Assembly: GCA_964371255.1 (NCBI GenBank)
Contig: CAYJKV010000002.1
Span: forward strand, 2,553-66,552
DNA length: 64,000 bases
Source of the DNA: an uncultured Candidatus Saccharibacteria bacterium
Lineage (GTDB): Bacteria; Patescibacteriota; Andersenbacteria; UBA10190
Direction: 5' to 3'
The number at the start of each line of letters is the position of its first letter. The stretch's first letter is position 1. The translations under genes were made by a program, and so were the position numbers. The notes beneath the pieces are model-generated. The model did no database searches. It saw nothing but the letters and a program-made list of their open reading frames with translations, and had not been told where the DNA came from. This document shows, piece after piece, positions 1-8,544 of the stretch.

Positions 1-942
1 GCTTTCCTGTTTCGCCGTCCAGAGCTTTTTGTGTTTTTGCTGGATGTTTTCCGAGATTACTTCATTGGCTGCGGACAAAATCGCCGGACTTGAGCGGTAA
101 TTACGGGTTAAATAAAAAACCTGGCAATCCGGATACTTCTTTTCGAACTGTAGAATATGCTCCACATTGGCGCCGCGCCAGGAATATATTGCCTGATAAT
201 CGTCGCCCACCACACAAATATTCCGATCCGGTCCAATCAGCAACTCCAGCATGCGATCCTGTGGCGGATTTGTGTCCTGATATTCATCCACTAATAAATA
301 TCGCCAGCGCTGCTGGTAAAGCGCTCTTATTTCCTCATGCGCTTCCAATATCTCTATTGGCCGGATAATTAAATCATCAAAATCAAACGCATTATTCTTG
401 CGCAGCAATTGTTCGTATCGGGCAAAGACAGCCGCGGCTGCGTCGCTCACCGGTGAGGGCTGTTCCGCCAGTTGTTTTGGTGTTAAGCGGCTGTTTTTCG
501 CCAATGAGATTTTGTGTTTAAGGGCGGTGGCACTGAACATCTGACGCGATATATTCAGCTCCTTCATGGCCATCTTAATTAATTTTTCACTATCATCGGC
601 ATCACAAATAATAAAGCCTGGTGGTCGGTCAGTTAGCCGGCTTTGCTCGCGCAAAATCCGTACACCCAGACTATGAAAAGTACTAATCATGAGTGGATTC
701 GCCAATTTACCATTCATTATTTTATCCACCCGCTCTTTCATTTCCCTCGCCGCCTTATTGGTAAAGGTCACTGCCAATACCTGTGCCGGTTGTGCTTTTT
801 TAGTAGTTAATAAATAAGCGATGCGATAAGTTAACGCTCTCGTTTTCCCGGACCCTGCTCCCGCCAGCACTAAAATTGGACCATCGGTTGCGGTTACGAC
901 CTGCTGCTGCTGCTCATTCAGCTCCGCCAATAAATTACTCAT
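1..942 (-). CDS. uvrD: ATP-dependent DNA helicase UvrD/PcrA family, N-terminal part (5' end of the gene is inside the window; the gene continues past the window start)
   Basis: Minus-strand translation from ATG at 940-942 gives MSNLLAELNEQQQQVVTATDGPILVLAGAGSGKT..., the canonical UvrD/Rep N-terminus with Walker A AGAGSGKT. The open frame runs to position 1 without a stop, so it is absent from the ORF track. Confidence 0.85.
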   Translation of the reverse strand, partial: MSNLLAELNEQQQQVVTATDGPILVLAGAGSGKTRALTYRIAYLLTTKKAQPAQVLAVTFTNKAAREMKERVDKIMNGKLANPLMISTFHSLGVRILREQSRLTDRPPGFIICDADDSEKLIKMAMKELNISRQMFSATALKHKISLAKNSRLTPKQLAEQPSPVSDAAAAVFARYEQLLRKNNAFDFDDLIIRPIEILEAHEEIRALYQQRWRYLLVDEYQDTNPPQDRMLELLIGPDRNICVVGDDYQAIYSWRGANVEHILQFEKKYPDCQVFYLTRNYRSSPAILSAANEVISENIQQKHKKLWTAKQES

Positions 943-966
943 ATTCGGTATGGTATACTACCTCGT

Positions 967-1920
967 ATGGCTGACCAAACAGCATTTATTGATGTGCATA
1001 GTGTTCACCTCGACTATGTTTTATCCCGCCCATGGTTTTTCTTCTTTGGCGGAAATAAGTCGACACATGCCGCCTTGAACAACATTACCTTTCAATTACC
1101 ACAAGCAACCCAGTGTACTCTCTTCGGTCATACCGCTGCCGGCAAATCCTCCCTCCTGCGTCTGCTAACCGGACAACTGGCGCCCAGCCGAGGCCGTATA
1201 TTAATTAACGGCCGCCGGCCAGACGAAATCAAATCATTATCGGCTGGTTATGTGTCTGCCGAAGAAACCGAAAATAGCCGCGACACCGGCTTTCAGGTAT
1301 TGCAAGCCTATTCCGCTACGCATCAAGTAGCCGACGCCTCGGAGCGGATCAGGCACGTGTGTGACTATCTGCGGCTAAACGAATTTATTCATCGGCCGGC
1401 TGACAGCCTGTCACTTACACAAAAGCTACAGCTCAACCTCGCCCGTGCTGCTATCTCGGATGCCCCACTTATTCTCCTTGATGATGTTACCGACCAACTG
1501 GGTGCGAAATATATGCGCCGTCTGCTGGCGGAACTGTTTCTTGGCCGGACTGTCATTATCGCGACGCGTCAGGCTCGTGCCGCAGACACACTACACTTAC
1601 CGGTGTTATTGCTGCACCACGGCACGCTGGTTCATCAAGGAACGATTGATGCCATTTCGCTTGATTTGTCTTGCCCGCGCGTTGTGGATGTGTGGGTAGA
1701 AGGTCTGCGGTATGATTTATTGCGTCAGTTGCGTCGTCATACCGGTGTTCTGGAAGCACGTCTTATCCCCTCACACCAATTCGCCGGACAGCGACTGCGC
1801 ATCACTTTATTTTCCGCGCGCTATCTGCCGGCTATGTACGACTTGGTTAGCCAGGCTCCCCTTATTAAAGTATTGGAAATACCCCCATCCCTCAATGACA
1901 TCCTTCCTAGGTTATCGTAA
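967..1920 (+). CDS. ABC-type ATPase with degenerate catalytic motifs plus a ~90 aa C-terminal extension
   Basis: Walker A GHTAAGKSS is intact. Signature is LSLTQ (LSGGQ expected), Walker B is LILLDDVT (Asp in place of the catalytic Glu), and the H-loop position reads ATRQ (Arg in place of His). Diverges from uvrD with only 24 bp between start codons. Confidence 0.7.
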   Translation: MADQTAFIDVHSVHLDYVLSRPWFFFFGGNKSTHAALNNITFQLPQATQCTLFGHTAAGKSSLLRLLTGQLAPSRGRILINGRRPDEIKSLSAGYVSAEETENSRDTGFQVLQAYSATHQVADASERIRHVCDYLRLNEFIHRPADSLSLTQKLQLNLARAAISDAPLILLDDVTDQLGAKYMRRLLAELFLGRTVIIATRQARAADTLHLPVLLLHHGTLVHQGTIDAISLDLSCPRVVDVWVEGLRYDLLRQLRRHTGVLEARLIPSHQFAGQRLRITLFSARYLPAMYDLVSQAPLIKVLEIPPSLNDILPRLS

Positions 1921-1955
1921 CATCTAACAACCATTACAAAATAACGTCTGACGTA

Positions 1956-2015
1956 CTTGAAAATTATAACTTTGGAATTTATTTGGGTTTTGAAAATTGA
2001 AGCTTGAAAATTGAC
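1956..2015. repeat. three TTGAAAATTGA-type short repeats in the convergent intergenic region between the ABC ATPase gene and ftsX
   Basis: Copies at 1956-1966, 1989-2000 and 2004-2015. The same motif family occurs at 12302-12358. Confidence 0.5.
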
Positions 2016-2017
2016 TA

Positions 2018-2956
2018 TTATGTCTTCAAGTATCTTTGCAGGGCAATAATACTGCTAAACATCGCCAACCCCACAGCCACCGCTAGTTGCAGCCCTAGAA
2101 TGCTAGGCCAGTGGCTAACGGTATATGTATAAATATTAAATGGATCTCCCTGTATATGCCCCTCAAAAAAGAAAGTGGTCAGCGTTGGCGCGACCGCTTT
2201 GATTATAGGCCAGGCAATCGCGCTCGCGATGACAACCGAGATCACCGCCACTAGCACTGACTCAATCACAAACGGCCCACGAATAAACCACCTTGAAGCA
2301 CCAACTAAGTGCATAATATCAATCTCTTCACGGAAGCTATAAATTGCTAACCGCACCGTATTAAACATTATTAGAACAACCAAACTGGCAAACACAAAGC
2401 TAATCACAATGCCAGTGTTCTTAATTGTTTCAATCAAACTGATTAATCGCTCGATAATTAATCTGGAATCTTCAAAATGTACCTCATCAATTAATTCCGC
2501 GAACCTGTCTGTGCCTAAAAATCCGGCAATCGCTTCATAAAACTTAGGTTCTTTGGCCACAATAAACATACTGGATGGCAGCGGATTATCCTCCAATTCC
2601 TGCAAAGACTCTTCGATGAAAGGTTTATTAATATTGCGCTGCCTGAATATTTCGAGCGCTTGCTGGCTGTTGATGATCTGCACTCCCTGCACATCGCTTC
2701 GGCTCTTGACTGTACTCGCTACCTCGTTAATTTGTTGCTCGGTTATCCCATCTTTGAAAGTCACCGACAAATCAACCTTGCGCTCAATGTCCCTGATCAC
2801 TTCTAAACCCAAGACATTAGCGAAATAAAGCAATAACACTACCAACAAAGTAATAGTCATAATAACCAGCGTGGCCAAAGTCAGCCAAATATTACGCCAT
2901 GAATTTTGCAGGGCTGCTTTGCTAACTCGGAAAAAAGATACGCCAATCATAAACAT
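2018..2956 (-). CDS. ftsX: cell-division ABC transporter permease FtsX
   Basis: Four-TM FtsX-like architecture with a large periplasmic loop, immediately downstream of and nearly abutting ftsE. Confidence 0.8.
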   Translation of the reverse strand: MFMIGVSFFRVSKAALQNSWRNIWLTLATLVIMTITLLVVLLLYFANVLGLEVIRDIERKVDLSVTFKDGITEQQINEVASTVKSRSDVQGVQIINSQQALEIFRQRNINKPFIEESLQELEDNPLPSSMFIVAKEPKFYEAIAGFLGTDRFAELIDEVHFEDSRLIIERLISLIETIKNTGIVISFVFASLVVLIMFNTVRLAIYSFREEIDIMHLVGASRWFIRGPFVIESVLVAVISVVIASAIAWPIIKAVAPTLTTFFFEGHIQGDPFNIYTYTVSHWPSILGLQLAVAVGLAMFSSIIALQRYLKT

Positions 2957-2958
2957 AT

Positions 2959-3639
2959 TTAGAGTTTATAAGTGCCACCCTTTTTATCCGCGACTACCTT
3001 GCCTTGGCTTAACGTGACTACCCGCTTTTTTAGCGCGTTCACGATGTCATTATTATGCGTGGCTAATAATACTGTCGTTCCTAGTTTATTTATCTTGATT
3101 AATAACTGTACAATATCCCATGAGTGTAAGGCGTCCAGATTACCGGTCGGCTCATCCGCTAGCAATATTTGTGGTTTGTAAGCCAAGGCCCGGGCAATCG
3201 CTACCCGTTGCTTTTCGCCGCCGGACAACTCACCTGGATAAGCCGTCGCTTTGTTGGTAAGGTTAACCAGTTTTAATATATGAGGCACTGAGTCGCGTAT
3301 TTCCTTTGTCCGGGCACCACCAACTTCCATAGCGAAAGCGACATTTTCATAGGTAGATTTCTTCGGCAGTAACTTGAAATCTTGAAACACTACGCCAATT
3401 TGCCGCCGCAGATGCGGTACCTGCCATTTTTTAATCTTAGTTATATCCCAACCATCAATAACTATCTTGCCGTTTGTTGGCCGCTCTTCAGCCGAGATCA
3501 GTTTCAGCATCGTTGACTTGCCCGCCCCGCTTTGTCCCACGATAGATACAAAATCACCCGTCGGAATCTTGATGCTGATATCATGCAACGCCGCACTTTC
3601 CCGGCTATATTGTTTCGATACGTTAGAAAATGTAATCAT
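2959..3639 (-). CDS. ftsE: cell-division ATP-binding protein FtsE
   Basis: Canonical motifs GQSGAGKST, LSGGEKQRVAIARAL, ILLADEPTGNLD and LLATHN. Confidence 0.9.
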   Translation of the reverse strand: MITFSNVSKQYSRESAALHDISIKIPTGDFVSIVGQSGAGKSTMLKLISAEERPTNGKIVIDGWDITKIKKWQVPHLRRQIGVVFQDFKLLPKKSTYENVAFAMEVGGARTKEIRDSVPHILKLVNLTNKATAYPGELSGGEKQRVAIARALAYKPQILLADEPTGNLDALHSWDIVQLLIKINKLGTTVLLATHNNDIVNALKKRVVTLSQGKVVADKKGGTYKL

Positions 3640-3752
3640 CTGGTTTTACTTGGCTTATATGAATTACCTCACGCCACTTAATCTTTACTGCTTTACGTCT
3701 GCTATTATACCACATGCTCTTATCACGCTAGGATTTAATGTTCTCATTACCT

Positions 3753-4842
3753 TTAAAATTCCGGCACAAAACCTGTCAAATCCCCATCTAAAACTTGCTG
3801 CACATTCGATGTTTCTGCTTTGGTGCGGTGATCTTTAACCATTTTATACGGGTGCAGAACATATGACCTGATCTGATTGCCCCAAGCGGCCTTGACGTAA
3901 TCCCCTTTCAACTCCTTCACTGCCTCTGCATGCTGCTCCTCAACTAATAGTTGCAGTTTTGATTGCAGCACTGCCAAGGCGTGCGCTTTATTCTGGCCTT
4001 GCGACCTTTCGTTTTGGCACTGTACGACAATGCCTGTTGGTAGATGGGTAATTCGTACGGCTGAGCTCGTTTTATTAACATGCTGACCGCCTGCGCCTCC
4101 CGCTCGGTAAGTGTCAATCTTTAAATCCGCCGTATCAATGGCTGGCATCTCCTTTGCTTTTAATAGTGGGATAACCTCCACGCGCGCAAAAGAAGTCTGT
4201 CGCAGTTTATCCGCGTTAAACGGGGACTGCCGCACTAGCCGATGTACTCCCCTTTCACCCTTTAATAACCCATAAGCATATCGACCATTAACTTCGAATG
4301 TGCTGTGTTTAATTCCTGCTTCCTCGCCTGTTGCACGGTCTAATACAAACGTCGGCCATGTTTTATTTTCCGCCCACCGTAAATACATTCTCTCCAACAT
4401 TTCCGCCCAGTCCATCGCATCCGTTCCCCCTGCTCCCGCCTGGATTGTGATAATCGCCCCCGCTTTGTCATGTAGTCCGTTAAATTGCAATTGTTTCTCT
4501 CGGCTCTGCATCTCTGCACTAATTTCCTTTAATTCTTCCTCAGCCCAATTAGCCCATTCCTTTTCTGCTTGATCGTCAGAGGTGTCAGATAAATGCCAAT
4601 CGGGACTGCTTAAGTCCTTGAGTCTTTCTTTTGTTGTCTTATACCACTGTACGTCGTCGGTTATCTCCGATAATTCTTTTTGTATCTCTTGTAGGGCGGG
4701 TGTCCAAGTACTCGTCTGATCTAAATCAGACTCAATCCTCTTGATTCTTTCTTCCTTATTTCGTAACTCAAAGAGAGTCGGCTACTTTTTGCAGCCGTTG
4801 TTCGAGTTCAGCAATTTGCGCCTGTATTTCCTGTTTGTTCAT
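3753..4842 (-). CDS. prfB: peptide chain release factor 2, made by a programmed +1 ribosomal frameshift (ORF1 4842..4768 ends at in-frame TGA; the body continues in the +1 frame to 3753)
   Basis: ORF1 is MNKQEIQAQIAELEQRLQKVADSL-stop and ends at CTT TGA G (plus-strand coordinates 4768-4773). The +1 frame continues ELRNKEERIKRIE... into the listed 252 aa ORF, which carries the GGQ motif (RAGGAGGQHVNKT) and the SPF tripeptide motif. Confidence 0.9.
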
Positions 4843-5007
4843 AAACAAACCCTATATGATCCTTATCCCAAAATCAACCATCCCTTGGTACGTCTAAATT
4901 TGTTGAATTGCTGCATTACCGACTCCTTTACGGAGTCTCATATGTATCTGAACTTATGCATGCCCCGCCTAAAATTTCCAGAAAAGAAAAAAATTTAATT
5001 TATTTTG

Positions 5008-5078
5008 AGCCGAAGACGGGAATCGAACCCATGTCTCTGCTTTACGAAAGCATTGCTTTACCACTAAGCTACATCGGC
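5008..5078 (-). tRNA. tRNA-Thr (anticodon CGU), probable
   Basis: Hand-folded cloverleaf: acceptor GCCGAUG paired with CUUCGGC (one U-U mismatch), D-stem GCUU/AAGC, anticodon loop UUCGUAA, T-arm with GGUUCGAUUCC. CCA is not encoded. Confidence 0.65.
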
Positions 5079-5335
5079 ATATACGTTAAATAAAGCTTGC
5101 CACGTGGGCGCTTCAGCGCCTTTATGTGACTACTTCTACCGTGGCCCTTTTATAATATATCCTAGCCAATCAATCAAGAAATATACCCATCGTCTCCTCG
5201 CGCTGTTTAGAATTTATAATTTTAAAATTTTAGATTTGTCTTGCCCGCCGACTTGCTGCGCCCATCCGAAGTCCCCTGGCGAAGGAGGGTCCATCATAGC
5301 TTTAGCGTAGGATGAAGCATTATGCGAAGGATGGG

Positions 5336-5425
5336 TTTCGGATTTAAAGTTTTTCGTTATTTTTGATTTGTTTCGGATTTCTTTAGTTTCTCCCTAGGGG
5401 ACCCCATAGGGGGGATTTCGGATTT
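5336..5425. repeat. three spaced copies of TTTCGGATTT(AA) plus the palindrome CCCTAGGG, in the region 5' of tRNA-Thr
   Basis: Copies at 5336-5345, 5371-5380 and 5416-5425. An 11-mer TAGCTTTAGCG at 5297-5307 recurs at 33588-33598 upstream of tRNA-Gln. Confidence 0.45.
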
Positions 5426-5444
5426 AAGCCTTAGGCTCTACCAC

Positions 5445-5882
5445 TTATTCTCTCCGATATTTCCCTACTAATTCCGTCTGATCTATGACATGTCCTTCCA
5501 TCGCTCTCCCCACTTCTTGTTTAGACGCTCCCTCGCCTAAGGCTAACATCGTATCTAGGGCATATAACTTAAAAAAATATCGATGTTCTCCGCTTGGCGG
5601 ACACGGGCCGTGGTACTTTAAATTGCCGCTCGTCCCTAAACCGTGTATTCCTGACGGTTCAGCCCCCTCTTCTATCTGTACAATATCGGGTGAAATATTA
5701 AACACAATCCAATGGTCCCAGATTCCCGCAGGCGCATCCGGATCATCCATGATTAAAGCTAGGCTTTTCGCGCGCTCTGGCACCCCGCTAATCTGTAGCG
5801 ATGGATTAATATCATCCCCATCGCACGTATACTTAGCCGGCAACAAGTCATTATGGCTAAAATTACCACTGCTTAAACGCAT
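5445..5882 (-). CDS. YbhB/YbcL family (PEBP/Raf-kinase-inhibitor-like) protein
   Basis: PEBP motifs DPDAP and GEHRYFF are present; size is typical for the family. Confidence 0.85.
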   Translation of the reverse strand: MRLSSGNFSHNDLLPAKYTCDGDDINPSLQISGVPERAKSLALIMDDPDAPAGIWDHWIVFNISPDIVQIEEGAEPSGIHGLGTSGNLKYHGPCPPSGEHRYFFKLYALDTMLALGEGASKQEVGRAMEGHVIDQTELVGKYRRE

Positions 5883-5886
5883 CTAT

Positions 5887-6174
5887 TTATTTTTTTATTC
5901 CTTCGCTCAAAACAGTCCCCTCCTGAGCCAACAACTTGGCTTTGTTTAGTCCGCCTCTGTTATATCCCCCCAGCGCTCCGCTGGACAAAATCACGCGATG
6001 ACAAGGCACCTCGCTGTCATAGTTCTTATGCAAAACGTTCCCGACCGCTCGATACGCCTTGGGATTTCCCGCTAATGTCGCTACCTCTTTATAAGTTATT
6101 GTCCTACCCCGCGGAATTGTTTTAACCACCGCTCTCACCCGTTCCGCGAAACTGTTAATAGCTTTACGCATCAC
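5887..6174 (-). CDS. MGMT-family methylated-DNA-protein-cysteine methyltransferase domain protein (single-domain)
   Basis: Contains the PCHRVI active-site cysteine motif and the helix-turn-helix region YKEVATLAGNPKAYRAVG. At 95 aa it corresponds only to the C-terminal MGMT domain. Confidence 0.8.
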   Translation of the reverse strand: MMRKAINSFAERVRAVVKTIPRGRTITYKEVATLAGNPKAYRAVGNVLHKNYDSEVPCHRVILSSGALGGYNRGGLNKAKLLAQEGTVLSEGIKK

Positions 6175-6191
6175 AAAAAGCTCACTCGTCG

Positions 6192-7490
6192 TTATTGAGG
6201 GGCGGCTTCTAATGTCACCCTAGCTGTTTTTTCCTGGCCTTTACTAAGTATTTTAAGACTAAGTTCGTCCCCCACTTTTCTTTTTTGCACCAAGCTAGAA
6301 AGTGTTTTGGTCCCTTCAATCTTTTCTCCATCTATCTCCAAAATAATGTCTCCCTCCACAATGCCGGCTTTATCGGCCGGGGATCCTGGCATAACCGCCA
6401 ATTCCTCCGCTGACGCTCCTCGCACCACTAACGCTCCATTACTGACGGCTAAATTATTCTTTTCAACCAGCGGCGGGGTAATCATAGCGTACCGAATCCC
6501 AATATAAGCTCGTTCAATTTTGCCCGTTTGTTTGACAGACTCCAGTGTCTCTTTAGCCACATTAGCTGGTAAGGCGAACCCGATATTTTCGGAGCCTAAC
6601 GCCACTGCCACATTCACGCCGATCACTTGCCCGCTTAAATTAACCAAGGGACCACCGGAATTTCCCGGATTAATGGCCGCGTCTGTTTGGATAACTTCAT
6701 CTAACTGCTCGGACTGGCCCATATTATCTCCAGCCGTAATAGATCTGGCTAATCCAGAGATGACGCCGACCGAAACGGTGTTCCGAAACTCCGCTAAAGC
6801 GTTGCCGATCGCAATTGCAGTCTGCCCTACCTTCAAGTGATCTGAATCAGCGAATTCTAAGAATGGCAGGTCGCTGCCTTCCACCTTAATAATCGCTAAG
6901 TCGTTTACTGTGTCCTTGGCGAGCACCGTCGCATCAAACTTTGTGCCATCGTTGCGAAACACTGTATATTCTGCCTCCTCCTGATCTACTACGTGTCTAT
7001 TCGTGACAATTAAACCATCGGCCGACACAATAAATCCTGATCCGCCGCCCACTTCCTGTTTCTCTGTCCCGTTCTGTCGGTACTGCGGTACTCGCAGATT
7101 AAACGGGGAGAAAAAATTACTTCCGCCAAAGAAATCGTTGAACGGATCAAACGGCACTTCCGGTGAGTCCTGATAATATCTTTCAATAATCGGCACATCC
7201 CTAGTTACCACGATGGATACCACCGCCGGATTGGCCTTCTCCACGGCCTTGACCACACTCGATTCCTCGTCGCTGGATGTTCTTAATGATTCATCTGTCG
7301 GCTCCTCTTGTTGCACACCAATGTTTGAATTCCAAGATTGGCTGCCTTGGAAAAACTTCGCCGCCTGCGGACTGTTTTGGTAAAGCATAATCATCAGCGC
7401 CCCACCAACCGCACCCCCTAATACGCTCCATAAAATATCAGTCCCTTTTTTCATATTTAATAATTTATAAAGAGTTAAGTCTCTACGCAA
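6192..7490 (-). CDS. HtrA/DegP-family serine protease with C-terminal PDZ domain, membrane anchored
   Basis: Has TNRHVV (His), GNSGGPLVN (Ser) and a C-terminal PDZ-like segment, with an N-terminal hydrophobic anchor. The start may instead be the downstream Met (MKKGTDILW...). Confidence 0.9.
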   Translation of the reverse strand: MRRDLTLYKLLNMKKGTDILWSVLGGAVGGALMIMLYQNSPQAAKFFQGSQSWNSNIGVQQEEPTDESLRTSSDEESSVVKAVEKANPAVVSIVVTRDVPIIERYYQDSPEVPFDPFNDFFGGSNFFSPFNLRVPQYRQNGTEKQEVGGGSGFIVSADGLIVTNRHVVDQEEAEYTVFRNDGTKFDATVLAKDTVNDLAIIKVEGSDLPFLEFADSDHLKVGQTAIAIGNALAEFRNTVSVGVISGLARSITAGDNMGQSEQLDEVIQTDAAINPGNSGGPLVNLSGQVIGVNVAVALGSENIGFALPANVAKETLESVKQTGKIERAYIGIRYAMITPPLVEKNNLAVSNGALVVRGASAEELAVMPGSPADKAGIVEGDIILEIDGEKIEGTKTLSSLVQKRKVGDELSLKILSKGQEKTARVTLEAAPQ

Positions 7491-7498
7491 GCCAATCT

Positions 7499-8095
7499 TT
7501 ATTTTATGTTCTTAATGTATTTCAAAATATTCCAGCACGACCGGTGTACATTCGCTTGTGACAAAGAATCAGCCGTCAAAAATTGAATATCAACGGAATC
7601 TTCGCCATTTGGCGTCAGTTTACCGCTGATCTTTTCCACCTCGAAAAACATTAAGATTCCATGAGCGTCTTCATTGTTGTATGTAAAATAGGCGTCTTCC
7701 ACAGAAATCAACTTACCCACTTTTATCATCAACCCCGTTTCTTCTTTGAATTCTCTAATCAATCCCTCGGTAATCGTCTCGTCTAATTCAATACCACCCC
7801 CCGGCAGGTCAAACTTATCCAGGGCTGGATGTCGCTTGAATAAAACCTTATGAGCATCTCTTAAAATCCCGTAAGCGCTGGGGCGAAATTTAAAATTTTT
7901 AAGTTCTCTTTCATGAATATTATCGAAAAGATCATAGGCTTTTACTTTTTTTGCCGCCGGTTCATTAAATAATTTTTCAGCCATATTTTTAAAGTAGTTA
8001 ATGATTTTTACTGAGCTTATCACATTATATTTTATCGTATATAGCGCCGGACATTTTCCGAGCCTTATCGCAGCTTCATCACAATAGTCCGGCAC
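7499..8095 (-). CDS. NUDIX hydrolase
   Basis: Nudix box GGGIELDETITEGLIREFKEETGL. The true start is likely the internal Met near 7984 (MAEKLFNEP...). Confidence 0.8.
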   Translation of the reverse strand: MPDYCDEAAIRLGKCPALYTIKYNVISSVKIINYFKNMAEKLFNEPAAKKVKAYDLFDNIHERELKNFKFRPSAYGILRDAHKVLFKRHPALDKFDLPGGGIELDETITEGLIREFKEETGLMIKVGKLISVEDAYFTYNNEDAHGILMFFEVEKISGKLTPNGEDSVDIQFLTADSLSQANVHRSCWNILKYIKNIK

Positions 8096-8295
8096 TCAAC
8101 ATAATGAAATAAATTAATATAGAAGTCATTTTAAAGCTGTTATGCCTCTACTATATTTCAAGTGTATCACGATTAATTTAGTGTATACGGCCAAGAAATT
8201 TGTTTTGACTTCATAGATTTGTCCCCCCTGAGCATCGCAAGTTCCCCCAGTGGCGTCAAGCCATTGAGCGCAAGGTGAGATCGTTCTTCGTCGTA

Positions 8296-8317
8296 CCAGC
8301 GTGCGTCAGCACGCTGG
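8296..8317 (+). other. perfect 8 bp stem hairpin (ccagcgtg-cgtcag-cacgctgg) followed by tttcgtt; terminator-like element inside a 450 bp non-coding region
   Basis: Inverted repeat read directly from the sequence, with a T-rich run on the plus strand after it. Confidence 0.4.
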
Positions 8318-8355
8318 TTTCGTTGCCCGTCACGGAGCGTCGTGAAGCGTGCGGT

Positions 8356-8382
8356 GCATGCCTATGAATATCATAGGCATGC
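8356..8382. other. perfect 12 bp inverted repeat gcatgcctatga-ata-tcataggcatgc (hairpin or palindromic protein-binding site)
   Basis: Exact palindrome with a 3 nt centre, read from the sequence. No T-run follows on either strand. Confidence 0.5.
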
Positions 8383-8544
8383 CGCAACATATTGTGTTTA
8401 GCCATAACAAAACATTAGTTGTGGTTAGCGCGGGGATACTTGCGAACCGCAATTCTGGCAACGGAAAAGCCCATTTGGACGCCAGAAAAAGAACGGGCAC
8501 AACGAGATATGGCAGCAATGATGGTCTAGGTATTAAGAGTACGT

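Noticed and set aside
90-1927. Track ORFs 90..368 +, 1445..1699 +, 1556..1759 -, 1712..1927 + and many similar internal or antisense ORFs throughout the window
   Set aside because: They lie inside, antisense to, or out of frame with confidently identified genes (uvrD, the ABC ATPase, etc.) and have biased composition, so they are treated as spurious.
3753-4511. RF2 ORF of only 252 aa looked like a 5'-truncated pseudogene
   Set aside because: The upstream +0 frame ORF ends at the canonical CTT TGA shift site and the +1 frame joins seamlessly, so this is programmed frameshifting, not decay.
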